A DNA stretch of 37,862 bases from Phoronis australis (taxonomy: Eukaryota; Animalia; Phoronida): the NCBI GenBank assembly GCA_002633005.1, contig NMRA01000315.1, forward strand, positions 359,799-397,660, written 5' to 3'. The notes below the pieces were generated by a model. That model was given only the letters and a program-made list of their open reading frames with translations. It had not been told where the DNA came from and did not search any database. Within the stretch, counting starts at the first letter, position 1; the number at the start of each line of letters is the position of its first letter. A program made the translations under genes and the position numbers. Shown one piece after another: positions 11,774-23,590 of this stretch.

Positions 11774-14425
11774 TTGTCTGACAATTCAGTATGCCAAAAC
11801 CGGGGTGAAGATGGCGGGTTTTCACCCCCAGAATCGGAACCAACTTGGTTTACGGGTTTCCAGGAAAAATTGGACACAATTTGTAACACATTAGATGATG
11901 TGAAAACTTCGTGTGAACTAGCTCATTCGAAAGCCTTTGAAGCACTTGATACGGCTGAGAAAAATTGTGTGGAGTTGAACAGACTCAAAAGTGAAAATAA
12001 GACTGACTAGTCGTGTGAACAACCTCCAGTTTCATGTTATTGGTGTAAAAGCCCAAGCTCGACGAAGCAATTTACAGATCGCAGGGATTCGAGAGCAACA
12101 GAATGAATCGTGGGCGTACACAGAAAATAAACTAAAAGATTATGAAAATGGGTAGTTTTGATTTTTTCTTACTACGGAAGACCTTTTCTCCAGTTTTTCA
12201 GATTCTTCCACTTTGTCAGCCTATAGATAAGATCACGCCGCGGTGTTGGGTAAATTTTGCATTTCTGAAGAAAAAAGAGGGAACGTTTACTGGAAGTTAA
12301 ATAACTCATTGTTGCGTAATCCAGATTTTGTCAAAACGATAAAGGACGAAATTGAAAATATATTAAATTTATTTATGCTGTCAGTCCGTACTCAAGTAAG
12401 TTTATTTATCGTTGCCTGAATGAACATCTTCAATTTTACTTCAATTGAGAGGCCGAATAATACAATTTCCGTCTGCAATTAACTTATATTCAGAGAGAGA
12501 AAATTCTTCGGGCTAAAATCGTGGAAATTGACGGAAAATTGTTTCTGTTTCTGTTTCTGTGGTTACGTCAAAGTGTAGGCACCGGGATAGTCTCTGGCCC
12601 TCCTCCTTCCAGATGCAACCAAGTTCGTGCTGGTTACACACTCTTCGATATTTTCCTCTGATACGAGTTTTTGCTGCATCTCCGTATTGCCATCCTCGCT
12701 CTATGAGGCGCTTTGTTGCCCATCTCTCCTGCTCTTGTACAATCTCGGCATCTGTACATATAAGCGATTCACGCACTCTGGAGATTACATCTGCTGGTGT
12801 GAGGAGCAGGTCGGCAATCGGTTCTGCGATGCCTGCAAGCTCATCTGTCCTGACGTTGAATGAGATGCCACAGTGTCCTGGTATATAAACACTGGTGAAG
12901 AGGCCAGTAATAGAGCTGAACAGAGGGATCCAAGAATCTTTCACATGACCAGCTTTTAGCCTACTAATGAGGCTGAGGGAGTCTGTAAGTAGAAATGATC
13001 TGTCTGCAGGTGTTGTGTTCTGAGAGAGTCAGACTAGGCCGTCTTCATATGCTTCACATTCAGCTCTAAAAGACGAGGATTTTCCAACCCGTGCTGTTGA
13101 CCATTCGAAGAGACGTTGACCCTCGCGAGTCCAAGCAACTGCTGCCCAAGCCGTAGTTTCATCTCTTCGTGAGCCGTCCGTTGCAACAATGATTGTGGGA
13201 GACTGTTTTTCAAGCCATTCCGATACAGTTGCTTGGTTGATACAGTTAGCTCTTTAACGCCAATGACGGCCTCCAATTTCCATGGTGTTGATGACAAAGT
13301 TTGTGGCTTTGGACCACTCTATCCTGTTGATGTTCTCCACTGGACATACCTCTTCGATAAGCTCCCTAGCTCCGATAACCCATGATTGAACAGTTTTCAG
13401 CCTCTGTGCAGTGTGCTCATCACTATGCTCTCTCAAGTCCAGGTACAGAGGATGTGAGTTGGTTGTAGCTGCCTTAAGAAATGCCTGGGCTGCTAGTGTC
13501 TTCTGTTTAGTACGAATGCTACCGATACGTAACCAGTATTGGAGACTGTCTACCGGAGTGGGTCTAGCTGCACTGGTTACTATCCTCATGGCCTGGTTTT
13601 GAATCCTCTGTAGTTTGGTAAATTGAAGAAGGAACAAAATAATGCTTACGAATATCTTCCTGTGTTAGATACATTTAACAGTGAGTTGGAAGAATTAGAC
13701 ATTAAAATTGAATCTGTCATGATTATATATAGAGTTAGATGGGTTGAATTTGGACAAAAATCTTTGAAATACTTTTGCAATTTAAAAAATAGAAATTACA
13801 TGTATGAGGTAAAAACGTAAAAGAAGTTCGAAGAAAAAACGATGGATTGAGTATTATTAAGCTAAGTGATATTTTATTAGAGCAAAGATTATTCAATGAA
13901 AACCTGTATGATCTTCATGATACAGACCACGATGTTGAAATGTTTCGATTGATAACAAAATGAAAATTTGACAAAACTGTCCCCGACAGAAAAGTTCAGC
14001 ATAGAAGGTGATATTACCTATCATGAACTTCTTACATGTTTGAAGAAAACTAAAAATGCATGTAATAAATGCCCTGGCCTGTACGGATATTCTGTAGAAT
14101 TCGTTAACTTTTTTGGAAAGACATAAGACATTTCCTTTTACGGAGTACAAAATGATGCATGTGAAAAAATAATCTGTCGGTTACACAGTTACAGGGTGTT
14201 AATACTTGCATTCCAAAAATGGGCTATTCTTTCTGAAAAATTGGAAATCAATACCCTTATTAAACTGTTCTTATAAATTAATGTCATCGTGTGGAGAGAA
14301 CTAAAAAGGTGTTAAACACCTTAATTAATTGTGTCCAAAAGGTTTTATACCAGGTCGCTTTCTGGGTGAAAATACCAGATTAATATATGCTATAAATGTA
14401 TGAAACACAAAAACAAGTTACCTGG
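11774..14425 (+). mobile_element. Decayed, internally deleted L1/Tx1-like non-LTR retrotransposon (interrupted by a nested LINE)
   Basis: ORF1 remnant: coiled-coil followed by AQARRSNLQIAGIRE (~12050-12095). Endonuclease end: FDFFLL, YR*DH, RGNVYWKLNNSLL (~12155-12315). After the insert: RVRWVEFGQKSLKYFCNL, then RT-proximal motifs KCPG..G...EF, NW..I.LLNC.YK, GFIPGRFLGENTRLIY (~14060-14390). Many stops and frameshifts. Confidence 0.85.
12370..13618 (-). mobile_element. 5'-truncated RNase H-bearing LINE (I-superfamily: Ingi/Nimb/I-like)
   Basis: Post-RT motif LQRIQNQAMRIVT...TPVDSL...HPL, then RNase H with all four acidic motifs: VATDGS, SSFRAECEA, LTDSLS, IPGHCGI..N.RTDELA. One in-frame TGA. 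The 3' end has AATAAA and a short (TAAA)n tail near 12370-12410. Confidence 0.85.
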
Positions 14426-14529
14426 CACGGCTGCCAGAAAATGTAGGGATGCGACTATTTGGGATTGTGGACCTCATTACTAAAAAAAACGTTTACCGTG
14501 ACGGTAAACGGGGTTTGTTCAAGGCCTAT

Positions 14530-14612
14530 GCATTGTGCATTCACCCCCCTTGAGAATTTTGGGGTGAGGGGCCATGGACCCCTAATTGCCCTCCCTCCTA
14601 AATCCGCCACTG
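14530..14612. mobile_element. One end of a probable hAT-like MITE
   Basis: Ends in aaatccgccactg (rc CAGTGGCGGATTT) after G/C-run subterminal sequence; the same atccgccactg end occurs at ~651-661. No partner TIR or TSD found. Confidence 0.4.
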
Positions 14613-14836
14613 CGTACAGCTCCGATCGTTGAACTGCTTTTTTAGTCGCTGTGGCGGCCATTTTCTTGATTTCCAGAGCCGTACAGTAGATGGATTTGAT
14701 TTATTTAGTGGATAGATCATTTCAATGGTCAGGTAGAAGTCTGCAATTTCTTTTGGACCAATGAGCTCATTGCTTGGACATTATACCGTTGTTGCGCTAG
14801 TTGAGATTTTCCGATGACTTCTTTCTAGTAATTCAC

Positions 14837-14913
14837 CTCGCTGGTTCACTGCGTGCCGCTAGGTGGTCAGTGGCCATAGCGTGTGCTGGCTAGGCACGTA
14901 GGGAACCAGCGAG
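14837..14913. repeat. 77-bp palindromic mini-element (MITE-like)
   Basis: 21-bp inverted arms ctcgctggttcactgcgtgcc / ggcacgtagggaaccagcgag (2 mismatches), extendable imperfectly to ctag at 14825 and 14927. Confidence 0.7.
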
Positions 14914-15330
14914 TTTACATTCACTAGATTTTCGTGCCCTCTCTCCAGCGCCCCTTCACGGATCCAAGTCACGGCTATCTGTGAGGTGCCATCCGTGTCT
15001 AGCAACTACTCGCCATTCTACAGACAGTCGAGATATACTGGTTAGACGTCTGTTCATTTATTGACATATTTGTAGCTCCATTTTGGTGGCCTATCATATT
15101 CGTGCTAGAGATCGAACTTTTCATTGGATCAACTGGAAATTTACGTCTTATGTGTATCTAATCAAGAGCACGACGGCTCTCGTTTTTGCGCGAAATTGAA
15201 CGCAAGGTGGCGCCGTGACGACCACATTTCGAATAATGTCTGCGTACCGTCGGCTAGCTCTGCCATGCTTGACCGAATCTTCTCAAATTTGGCGTGGGGC
15301 AGATCTCCTCATGGGCTTTGTTAACTGCGC

Positions 15331-17642
15331 TACTGGTTTCTCGCTATGACTACTACTCCTTCAGTTATTCGAGATTTTCTGATTAGACTGATTCCTCAAT
15401 ACATTTTGAATGGCTTATCATTTATTGTACGTTGGTGTAATAGGCGTCAGGGCATGGTTGGTGGTGTTCTTGGTCTCGTCGTCTATCTCACCTCTGATTT
15501 TCCGTCGATTTCGCTCCTTAGAGTGCATTCATCTTTTTTGTTTTTCAGCTTCAAAAAGAGTAAGATACAGGCTATAACCTAATACACTTAGTCTGCTAAT
15601 GAGGAGAGCTTCAAACAAAGTTTTACCACTTGTTTGACACAAATTTTTTTATTACAACAAATGAAACATAACAGCAATCTAAACTACAGTTTCACATTGC
15701 AAAAAAGTTCTCAGCACAAAAATAGAATAGTACAACATTGCTAGAACTTTTAAACAATCCATATCTTAATGTCATCACATCTCATGCCGAATTGACATTT
15801 TAACAAGTGGCAGTTCCTAAAACACCACTTAATTGTTTGTATTGCACTTTCAGTATCCATATTACCACAAAAAGGATAAAAAACACTACCAATCAGTAAT
15901 TTTTTAATGAATGAGTTAAATTTTTAATACTATGGAGATTTCTAAACTTCCTTCTTAAATAAATGACAAAGTAGAGATCGATTGAGATAGCTACCCATGC
16001 TGGAGGGAAAATACTGTCTGCTCTCAATGATGAATACCAAGAGTGCCCTCTATTGGCGAGGCTCAAAAGCAACAATATTACCATGAAGTGGGTGATAGCA
16101 GTTTCATTTCATCATCTCTACTGTGTCACCTACTTGACTGTATTTTAGATCAAAGAAACATGATTAGTACCCGAAATGAGCAACTGACTACACAATTCAG
16201 TTGCTGACATCACCCAATTCTTCAGTAGAGGACTTACTCAATTTTGAAAATAAATAAGCAGGGATAATTAATATTTCCCAAAGTCAGTATTATAGCAATT
16301 CCTTGGCACCAGCATTATGCTCAATGACAACAGTCACTCACAATACACTTAGACTTTATACAACAGAGTTGGTATCTTGGGTGTTCTCAACCATGGTTGG
16401 TCATGATTCCACATTCCAGCCAACTGAAACAATCTACTTGCTTTCCGTGACTGCCATTTTCATAGTGAGTGCTTGTAAGATTNTGCTGGTTTCTCGCTAT
16501 GACTACTACTCCTTCAGTTATTCGAGATTTTCTGATTAGACCGATCCTCAATACATTTTGAATGGCTTATCATTTATTGTACGTTGGTGTAATAGGCGTC
16601 AGGGCATGGTTGGTGGTGTTCTTGGTCTCGTCGTCTATCTCACCTCTAATTTTCCGTCGATTTCGCTCCTTAGAGTGCATTCATCTTTTTTGTTTTGAAG
16701 CTTCAAAAAGAGTAAGATACAGGCTATAACCAAATACACTTAGTCTGCTAATGAGGAGAGCTTCAAACAAAGTTTTACCACTTGTTTGACATAAATTTTA
16801 ATGCGTTTTTATTACAACAAATGAAACATAACAGCAATCTAAACTACAGTTTCACATTGCAAAAAAGTTCTCAGCAGAAAAATAGAATAGTACAACATTG
16901 CTAGAACTTTTAAACAATCCATATCTTAATGTCATCACATCTCATGCCGAATTGACATTTTAACAAGTGGCAATTCCTAAAACACCACTTAATTGTTTGT
17001 ATTGCACTTTCAGTATCCATATTACCACAAAAAGGATAAAAAACACTACCAATCAGTAATTTTTTAATGAATGAGTTAAATTTTTAATACTATGGAGATT
17101 TCTAAACTTCCTTCTTAAATAAATGACAAAGTAGAGATCGATTGAGATAGCTACCCATGCTGGAGGGAAAATACTGTCTGCTCTCAATGATGAATACCAA
17201 GAGTGCCCTCTATTGGCGAGGCTCAAAAGCAACAATATTACCATGAAGTGGGTGATAGCAGTTTCATTTCATCATCTCTACTGTGTCACCTACTTGACTG
17301 TATTTTAGATCAAAGAAACATGATTAGTACCCGAAATGAGCAACTGACTACACAATTCAGTTGCTGACATCACCCAATTCTTCAGTAGAGGACTTACTCA
17401 ATTTTGAAAATAAATAAGCAGGGATAATTAATATTTCCCAAAGTCAGTATTATAGCAATTCCTTGGCACCAGCATTATGCTCAATGACAACAGTCACTCA
17501 CAATACACTTAGACTTTATACAACAGAGTTGGTATCTTGGGTGTTCTCAACCATGGTTGGTCATGATTCCACATTCCAGCCAACTGAAACAATCTACTTG
17601 CTTTCCGTGACTGCCATTTTCATAGTGAGTGCTTGTAAGATT
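15331..17642. repeat. Near-identical ~1.15-kb tandem duplication (15331-16482 / 16484-17642) separated by a single N
   Basis: Identical ORF translations in both copies; only a handful of SNPs plus a 1-bp and a ~8-bp indel. The N at 16483 sits exactly at the junction. Confidence 0.95.
16808..16813 (-). promoter_or_regulatory. Candidate distal polyadenylation signal of CDK5
   Basis: AATAAA on minus (duplicate copy at 15648-15653), preceded by U-rich UTR-like sequence and followed by a TTTGTTTG element. Confidence 0.4.
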
Positions 17643-18680
17643 GCGCTCTTACTCGAGATACATTAGTGAGATCTTGCACTACACCGCTTCTATCCCATCA
17701 AAATAACAAGACACTTGACCCTACAGTAGCAGTAACAGTTCAATGAGAAATATATGCACGGCGTAGAGCATGAGTCATCCACGTCTGCTGCTTAGCTTGC
17801 CATGAGCCATCATAGTGTCCACAGCCATACGTCAATCAGTTCCTTAGATGGGTGATAAAGCTGTGCTAAAAACGCATTTGTTTCACATCCACAACAAAAT
17901 TGGCCTTATCCTGTTCTTCTCTCAGATTAGATTGATTTCAAGGTTGGGTGAAGTTGCTTACTGCTTTAGACAGTTAAGTTGTTTATCGTGACCAGGCAGG
18001 TACATGTATGGCCGATAGGGAATCCCATGCGTTTTAATGGTTTGAAATACAACACTAAGAATAAAAATGTGATACCACTGCCTTCGTGAAAATGCATTTT
18101 TTCATAAAACAACGTGGCTTACAGCGGGCTTAAATGGTGATGTTTAAAGTCATCCATTATTCAGTAAATATCACTCTTCATGTCTAACAGGGAAACATGA
18201 GAGTTATCCACGCCCAGGGGTCTCACATGCCCAATAACTTCTTCAATGCATCAGACAAAAAACAACAACAACAACAACATTTCCGCAACACTGACATTTA
18301 TGCAAGTGTTCACATCTCCATTCTTAAAATGAGGCATGACTCAACCGTACCTGAACGGTATCACGAACGAGTGATCAAGGGTAACGGCCATTTATAGGGG
18401 CCCCGCATTCTGGGAACCAGTTTTATCCACTATTAATAGACATCAACCTGGTTCTCAAAATCTGGACCTCTGTAAGTGAGTACAGTTTAACAGACAACAG
18501 ATGCAACCACCTTGGAGTAACAACTGAAAATGTCACGTTGTTCGTCACAGACAAGTGGCTATCTTCACCATGGCAAGACAGGCGACCTTCGGTAAAACAA
18601 GGACATATTTGTCGACTAGCACCCACAAATATCCAAACGATTTCCACCACCCGCCATAGGGCTCACCCAAAACAGCAGAC

Positions 18681-18686
18681 TTTATT
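18681..18686 (-). promoter_or_regulatory. Candidate proximal polyadenylation signal of CDK5
   Basis: AATAAA on minus ~52 nt after the stop codon. Confidence 0.35.
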
Positions 18687-18738
18687 CTACGTTGTCAGTA
18701 GCTCTTGGGTGACTGGCATTAAACCATCACTCTAGCAA

Positions 18739-18837
18739 TCAACCTTGTTTGATGGCAGGGTTTAAGTCGCTAAAGTATGGATGACTCATTCCTTCCTCAG
18801 CAGACAACCTCTGGTTAGGATTGCAGATGAGCAGATT
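18739..18837 (-). CDS. CDK5: CDK5 last coding exon
   Basis: ctttatag|[32 protein letters not shown] (TGA); matches the CDK5 C-terminus NLL.CNP.QR.SAEE...HPYFSD. Confidence 0.95.
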   Translation of the reverse strand, partial: NLLICNPNQRLSAEEGMSHPYFSDLNPAIKQG

Positions 18838-20357
18838 CTATAAAGAATGCATGTGATTGGATAAAGCATGATCAAATACATTTATATTTAATTTACAAGG
18901 ACTCAGGAGTTTGAGCGTAATGAGCATTCACAGATGTCTTGCCATTACACAAACAAGACTCACAAATATTAAATAAAGTTTCAGGAACTGGTTCTGGAGT
19001 CAGTCTTTGTACTCGAAATTGAACTTGGAGTTTATTTTTGACATTTTCCATTACACTTTTCAAACTAACAACTTTTAAATTTAAATTCAAGATAAGTGTC
19101 TATCATTCTTTGATATATAATTTCTTTAAACAAGATTCTATGATTCTATTATTTATCAACAAAATGGACTGACATATAACTTTTTAAAAACACCACCTTC
19201 ACCTGCAAATGGTTTCTGTTCTATTTCAGTCACTTCGTGCAGCTGAGATAAAATTTTTGTTCGAGTTTTCGATGGAACCAGAAAACCTGGATTGAATTTC
19301 GCTCATTTATTGTAAGTCCTTTCTTCACATTATTCGTCTCTGAAGTCACTGCGCTAATCTTTAAGGCTGTCGGATTTGTTTCATGAAAAGTGATTTAAAA
19401 CTTCAGTCAGATGCTACCTCTGACATTCCACAAAACAGTTTCTGAAATATAATTTCATCTCATGTGAGAACACAGAAAATATTTACATTGCTGGTTGCTC
19501 AGGTACTTTTCGTCAATAATTTCTAAGCTGCCATGTGTTAACACCGACAGGGCAAAAATTTTAATTATGTATTTGTGGTGAAATGGGAATATCAGTCAAA
19601 GTTTCTGAATTAAGATAATGAAGACTTTACCCATGAGTCTGTGCATTTAGCTATTTACTAAATAACCACAAAACTTTAGATTTTAACCCTGGCAGCAAAA
19701 GCATATAATTATTTTCTTAAGTAGAATGCTTGCACAATTTGATTTTTGAATTTTTACAAATCTGCAATTAATTGGGTCACAAGACCCTGTCTTTCAACTA
19801 AAATTTATCAAAAAACTAACTCAAGGTACATCAATTGCAGAACAACATCAATAACATGTATTGACCAAATTTTGTTTAATACAATGTTCAAGAAGAAATC
19901 TCACAAACACTGTAATGCAGTTTTCATCTTTTCGTTTTCATTTTAAATAACTTGCAATGGGTTTTTCAAAAAATTACAGAAGTCCTATTTTTGATAGTCC
20001 CTCGTACCAAAGTGGAAAATTTTGAAACAATGTTAACAGTGTTTTGGAGAAGTGCATACATTACGATGAATGTAAGTTTCATACAATTTTGATTAGCCAC
20101 TTCTGAGATATGACGTTCCAAATTTGCAAAATGTGTCCATATTTGGAGGGTCCTATTTACGTTAAGTCTTAAAGTGCTTAAAACCACCAACTTCTATCAA
20201 AGGCCCTACCTATGGTCATAGACAAGATGGTCGCTGGCACACGACAATGCATAATTCAACAGCAAAATATTGCAGTGCAAATTCAACCGTGAAGTCTTTG
20301 TGTTTCTTGATCAACTCAATGAACTGTGGGCTTACTGGTACAGTGTAGTACAATCTA

Positions 20358-20446
20358 AAATACAACCACCTGGGTGTATGACCTTAAATACAACCACCTG
20401 GGTGTATGACATTAAATACAACCACCTGGGTGTATAACGTTAAATA
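20358..20446. repeat. 28-bp tandem repeat, 3 copies
   Basis: Unit aaatacaaccacctgggtgtatgac(c/a)tt; the third copy is slightly diverged. Confidence 0.95.
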
Positions 20447-20502
20447 AAACTGCCGTGTGAGCACAAATGCATCAGACTACTTTTTACAAAGTTAACACAA
20501 AC

Positions 20503-20583
20503 CTGAAGTAACTCCCGGCCTTTTGAGTTCAATTTGGGCACCACTTGTTGCCAATTTGTGTTCACTTGATTCAGTGGGAATGG
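20503..20583 (-). CDS. CDK5: CDK5 exon (81 nt)
   Basis: tcttgcag|PFPLNQVNTNWQQVVPKLNSKGRELLQ|gtttgt. Confidence 0.95.
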
Positions 20584-21019
20584 CTGCAAGACAAGTAAAA
20601 CAATACTGAAATTGGAAGAAGACCTGTTGACCACATTTCTTATTGTCGAAAATTGCCAAAATTTCCACATTCAATTTTCAAATGATTTAGAGATTGATAT
20701 CATTTGGAGCATTTGCCATAATTTTGATGAGAGAAAGACAAATTCCGACAACAAGATGTCAACTCATACTTTTATAACAGTGTCCAGATGAACCACTGAC
20801 GTCGCTGCGTCATTTCTCACCTTCCTCACAAGTAAGGTCGACCGTATAAGAGGCGATGTGGATATAGACCGATAAAGATGATAAGAAGACTAACTAAATC
20901 GGGTGGCATTCTCCTTTAATACTAATTGAAACTACATCAAATGCTGTTTTAAGAAGTGACCCACAAACTGGTCTAAATGAGCAATAAAATACCAGATAGC
21001 TAAACACGCATGAACTTAC

Positions 21020-21080
21020 CTTGTATTCTGGTAAATGGGTGATTCCTGGCCATGTTTCTTCTGTCGGTGTACCTAAAAGT
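21020..21080 (-). CDS. CDK5: CDK5 exon (61 nt)
   Basis: aacaag|(K)LLGTPTEETWPGITHLPEYK|gtaagt. Confidence 0.95.
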
Positions 21081-21962
21081 CTTGTTCTTGTTAAAGAAAA
21101 GTTTTCAACAGGATGAAGTTAATTTAGTGTAGATGATCCATGCAGTGTTTCTATGGAGCTTTCATCACAAAAGTGCATGTTTATATACAGCACTAACACC
21201 ACAATAGGCTGTGGCACACACTAATGGCAGAGTTTCAGCAGTTTTGCATTGAACTGATTAAACCATCACAATCATACTGTTGCAAGAACGTTTTGCACAG
21301 AGGGACACTTTAGGAGGCCGTTGACATCTTTAATTCCTTCCAACTCAAACAAAAAATCCAGCAATGAACATTTCTTTCAGGATTACAGTCCTTTGTTCAA
21401 ATACCTAATTCGGGAACTGAGCCATTTCTGTTTTGATTGCATCTTTGCTATAGCATGTAAGTTTTTAAATCACAATGAGGTCAACATCCATGACCTCAGG
21501 AGTAAGCCAATCACTAAACACACTACACTGTTTGGCCACCATGGTCGCACCTCACGTACTTGTACAAAATGACATCATTGAAGAACAAAGAGACGCATTG
21601 GAAAGTAATCTTAATTACCAATTTATGTTTCTGCTCAAAAGGCACCTACACCAATGTGACTTTGATAGTTTGGTCAATGTGCGGCATAATTTGCAAAAAG
21701 CTTCCAGCATATGGCGGCCCTACTGGAAAATCACTGTCTCTGCCAGCGATGCTGGCTCAGTTCAGACTGTGATACTGTCTATCACCAACCTACACAGGAA
21801 ATATTTTACTCTCGTCTGTGTAAAAGTGCACTCCTCAGTAACAACATAACAGAATGACATGCTTAAATCTGCCAAATGGCTCGAAACTTCTAAGCAAATC
21901 AAATTCAGAATATTAAAACATGAAAGGTAATAAATATTGAAAAATTTTCATTAAAGGGATAC
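21081..21962 (-). other. U12-type (minor spliceosome) intron, GT-AG subtype, 882 nt
   Basis: 5' site GTATCCCTTT (U12 consensus RTATCCTTT). Branch sequence TTTTCTTTAAC (21100-21090) ends 9 nt before the 3' junction. The purine-rich AAGAACAAG 3' end has no polypyrimidine tract. Confidence 0.88.
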
Positions 21963-22032
21963 TTGAATATTCGTTTCAGTTGATCATCATTGTCATTGCC
22001 GGGGAACAGCGGTCGGCCAGCATTGGCAAGTT
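21963..22032 (-). CDS. CDK5: CDK5 exon (70 nt)
   Basis: cttttacag|(E)[22 protein letters not shown](K)|gtatcc; [14 protein letters not shown] is CDK5-diagnostic. Confidence 0.96.
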
Positions 22033-22482
22033 CTGTAAAAGAATGAAATCAGATATTAGAATCTATACAAACTCCTGACGTATGAAGAAAACACCAAAAG
22101 ACTGCTTTTAATGATTAGTCGACATAATCTTGATGTAGTAAAACTCGTAAAACTGACAAGACAATGTTTACTAAAGTGCTCTCATTTGGTTGGAATTCCA
22201 GGTTGCGGGCACTATTGCTAAAGCTTGCGCACTTCAACCCCACTCGGATAAAATCTTTTGGTCTGCTTGGATCCCAAATGTACAAGGACTGTATTGTATA
22301 TTGCACAAAGTGAATATGAATTAAATTACAAAACCTATAATTTTCGTTTCTTTTACTTCCATGCAATACCTGGAAACCAACAATGTAAAATTCCACAAAG
22401 CAAATACAAGTCGAGTTGAGCACTATCTACACTCACCAGTACAGGAAACAGAGTAGGCCCCACAAGGCAATGAGTGACTAAC

Positions 22483-22654
22483 CTGCAAATATACAGCCAG
22501 CTGACCACATGTCTATATTGGTGGAGTACAGCTTAGCACCGAATAGAACGTCTGGTGGTCTATACCAGAGAGTGACCACCTCTGCAGAATAACAGCGCAC
22601 TGGAATGCCAAATGCCCTGGCCAAGCCAAAGTCTGCCAACTTCAGCTCACCATT
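22483..22654 (-). CDS. CDK5: CDK5 exon (172 nt; DFG and activation loop)
   Basis: atttcag|[57 protein letters not shown]|gttagt. Confidence 0.98.
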
Positions 22655-22954
22655 CTGAAATAATTTTCTGTGATTATTACAATTATACGGCCACTGATAA
22701 TTCTATCCTCAGATTGGTTGAAATGCAATTTGACAACTTCCGGTAGTATCACTTTTCACTCATGCCACTTGGACGTCAGATGATGCAATTCATGATCTGA
22801 CCAATCGTGATGCTTTAGAAACCATAAACCCTGACTAAGTGAACAGAGGAAATCAGTACATCACAGCAGGTGAAAACAACGATAAAAACAATCACAGGAA
22901 ATAACAATCTTCAGTGGTTGGACAATAAAACAAGAACGGGTTGATTGCTCCATC

Positions 22955-23014
22955 ATATCAGATGATATGCACCTCAGTAGACCAATATTGTCCTGAGTGC
23001 ATATAACCTGATAT
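22955..23014. repeat. 60-bp imperfect palindrome, probably part of an interspersed repeat
   Basis: atatcagatgatatgcacctcag pairs with ctgagtgcatataacctgatat; the loop contains the perfect palindrome caatattg. Confidence 0.65.
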
Positions 23015-23425
23015 CATCCTCAGGATCAGTCCATTATACATAACAACTTTTAGATTAAATAAATGAACGCGGCCTAGAGATCACTACATGGCATCATCTC
23101 TGCAGAAATATGATGGAATACAGTAAATTATGTAAACCATAACAAATGTGGAAAAGTGGCCACAATACGACACAGAAAATGTGATGTTGTGATTGCACAG
23201 ACCAAGATGTAGGAGTTTGTTTTCACCAAACATCTCCAAAACTGATTAAACATTTCTGATTTTGACCTTCTTTAGAGTGGGCATTTAATGTTATTACCTT
23301 CATCACATCAAGCTTTGAGTGACACAGATAGCACATAGATTACCAAAAGTCAATGAAGGCAGCGAAGGAGTAAGGAAAAGCAGGAGTCTATCACAACAGA
23401 AGAACAATTAAATGCAGTGTCCCTA

Positions 23426-23590
<165 letters not shown>

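Noticed and set aside
9606-14913. A single 5.3-kb DNA transposon bounded by inverted repeats that captured an exon
   Set aside because: The right-hand copy is itself a complete hairpin element and no shared TSD is visible; two independent short insertions is simpler.
15893-17666. Duplicated small ORFs (63 aa and 67-78 aa) as a paralogous gene pair
   Set aside because: No recognisable protein features, and they lie in the probable artefactual duplication within or near the CDK5 3' UTR.
20358-20446. 28-bp palindromic repeats resembling CRISPR repeats
   Set aside because: No spacers and no cas genes; simple tandem triplication.
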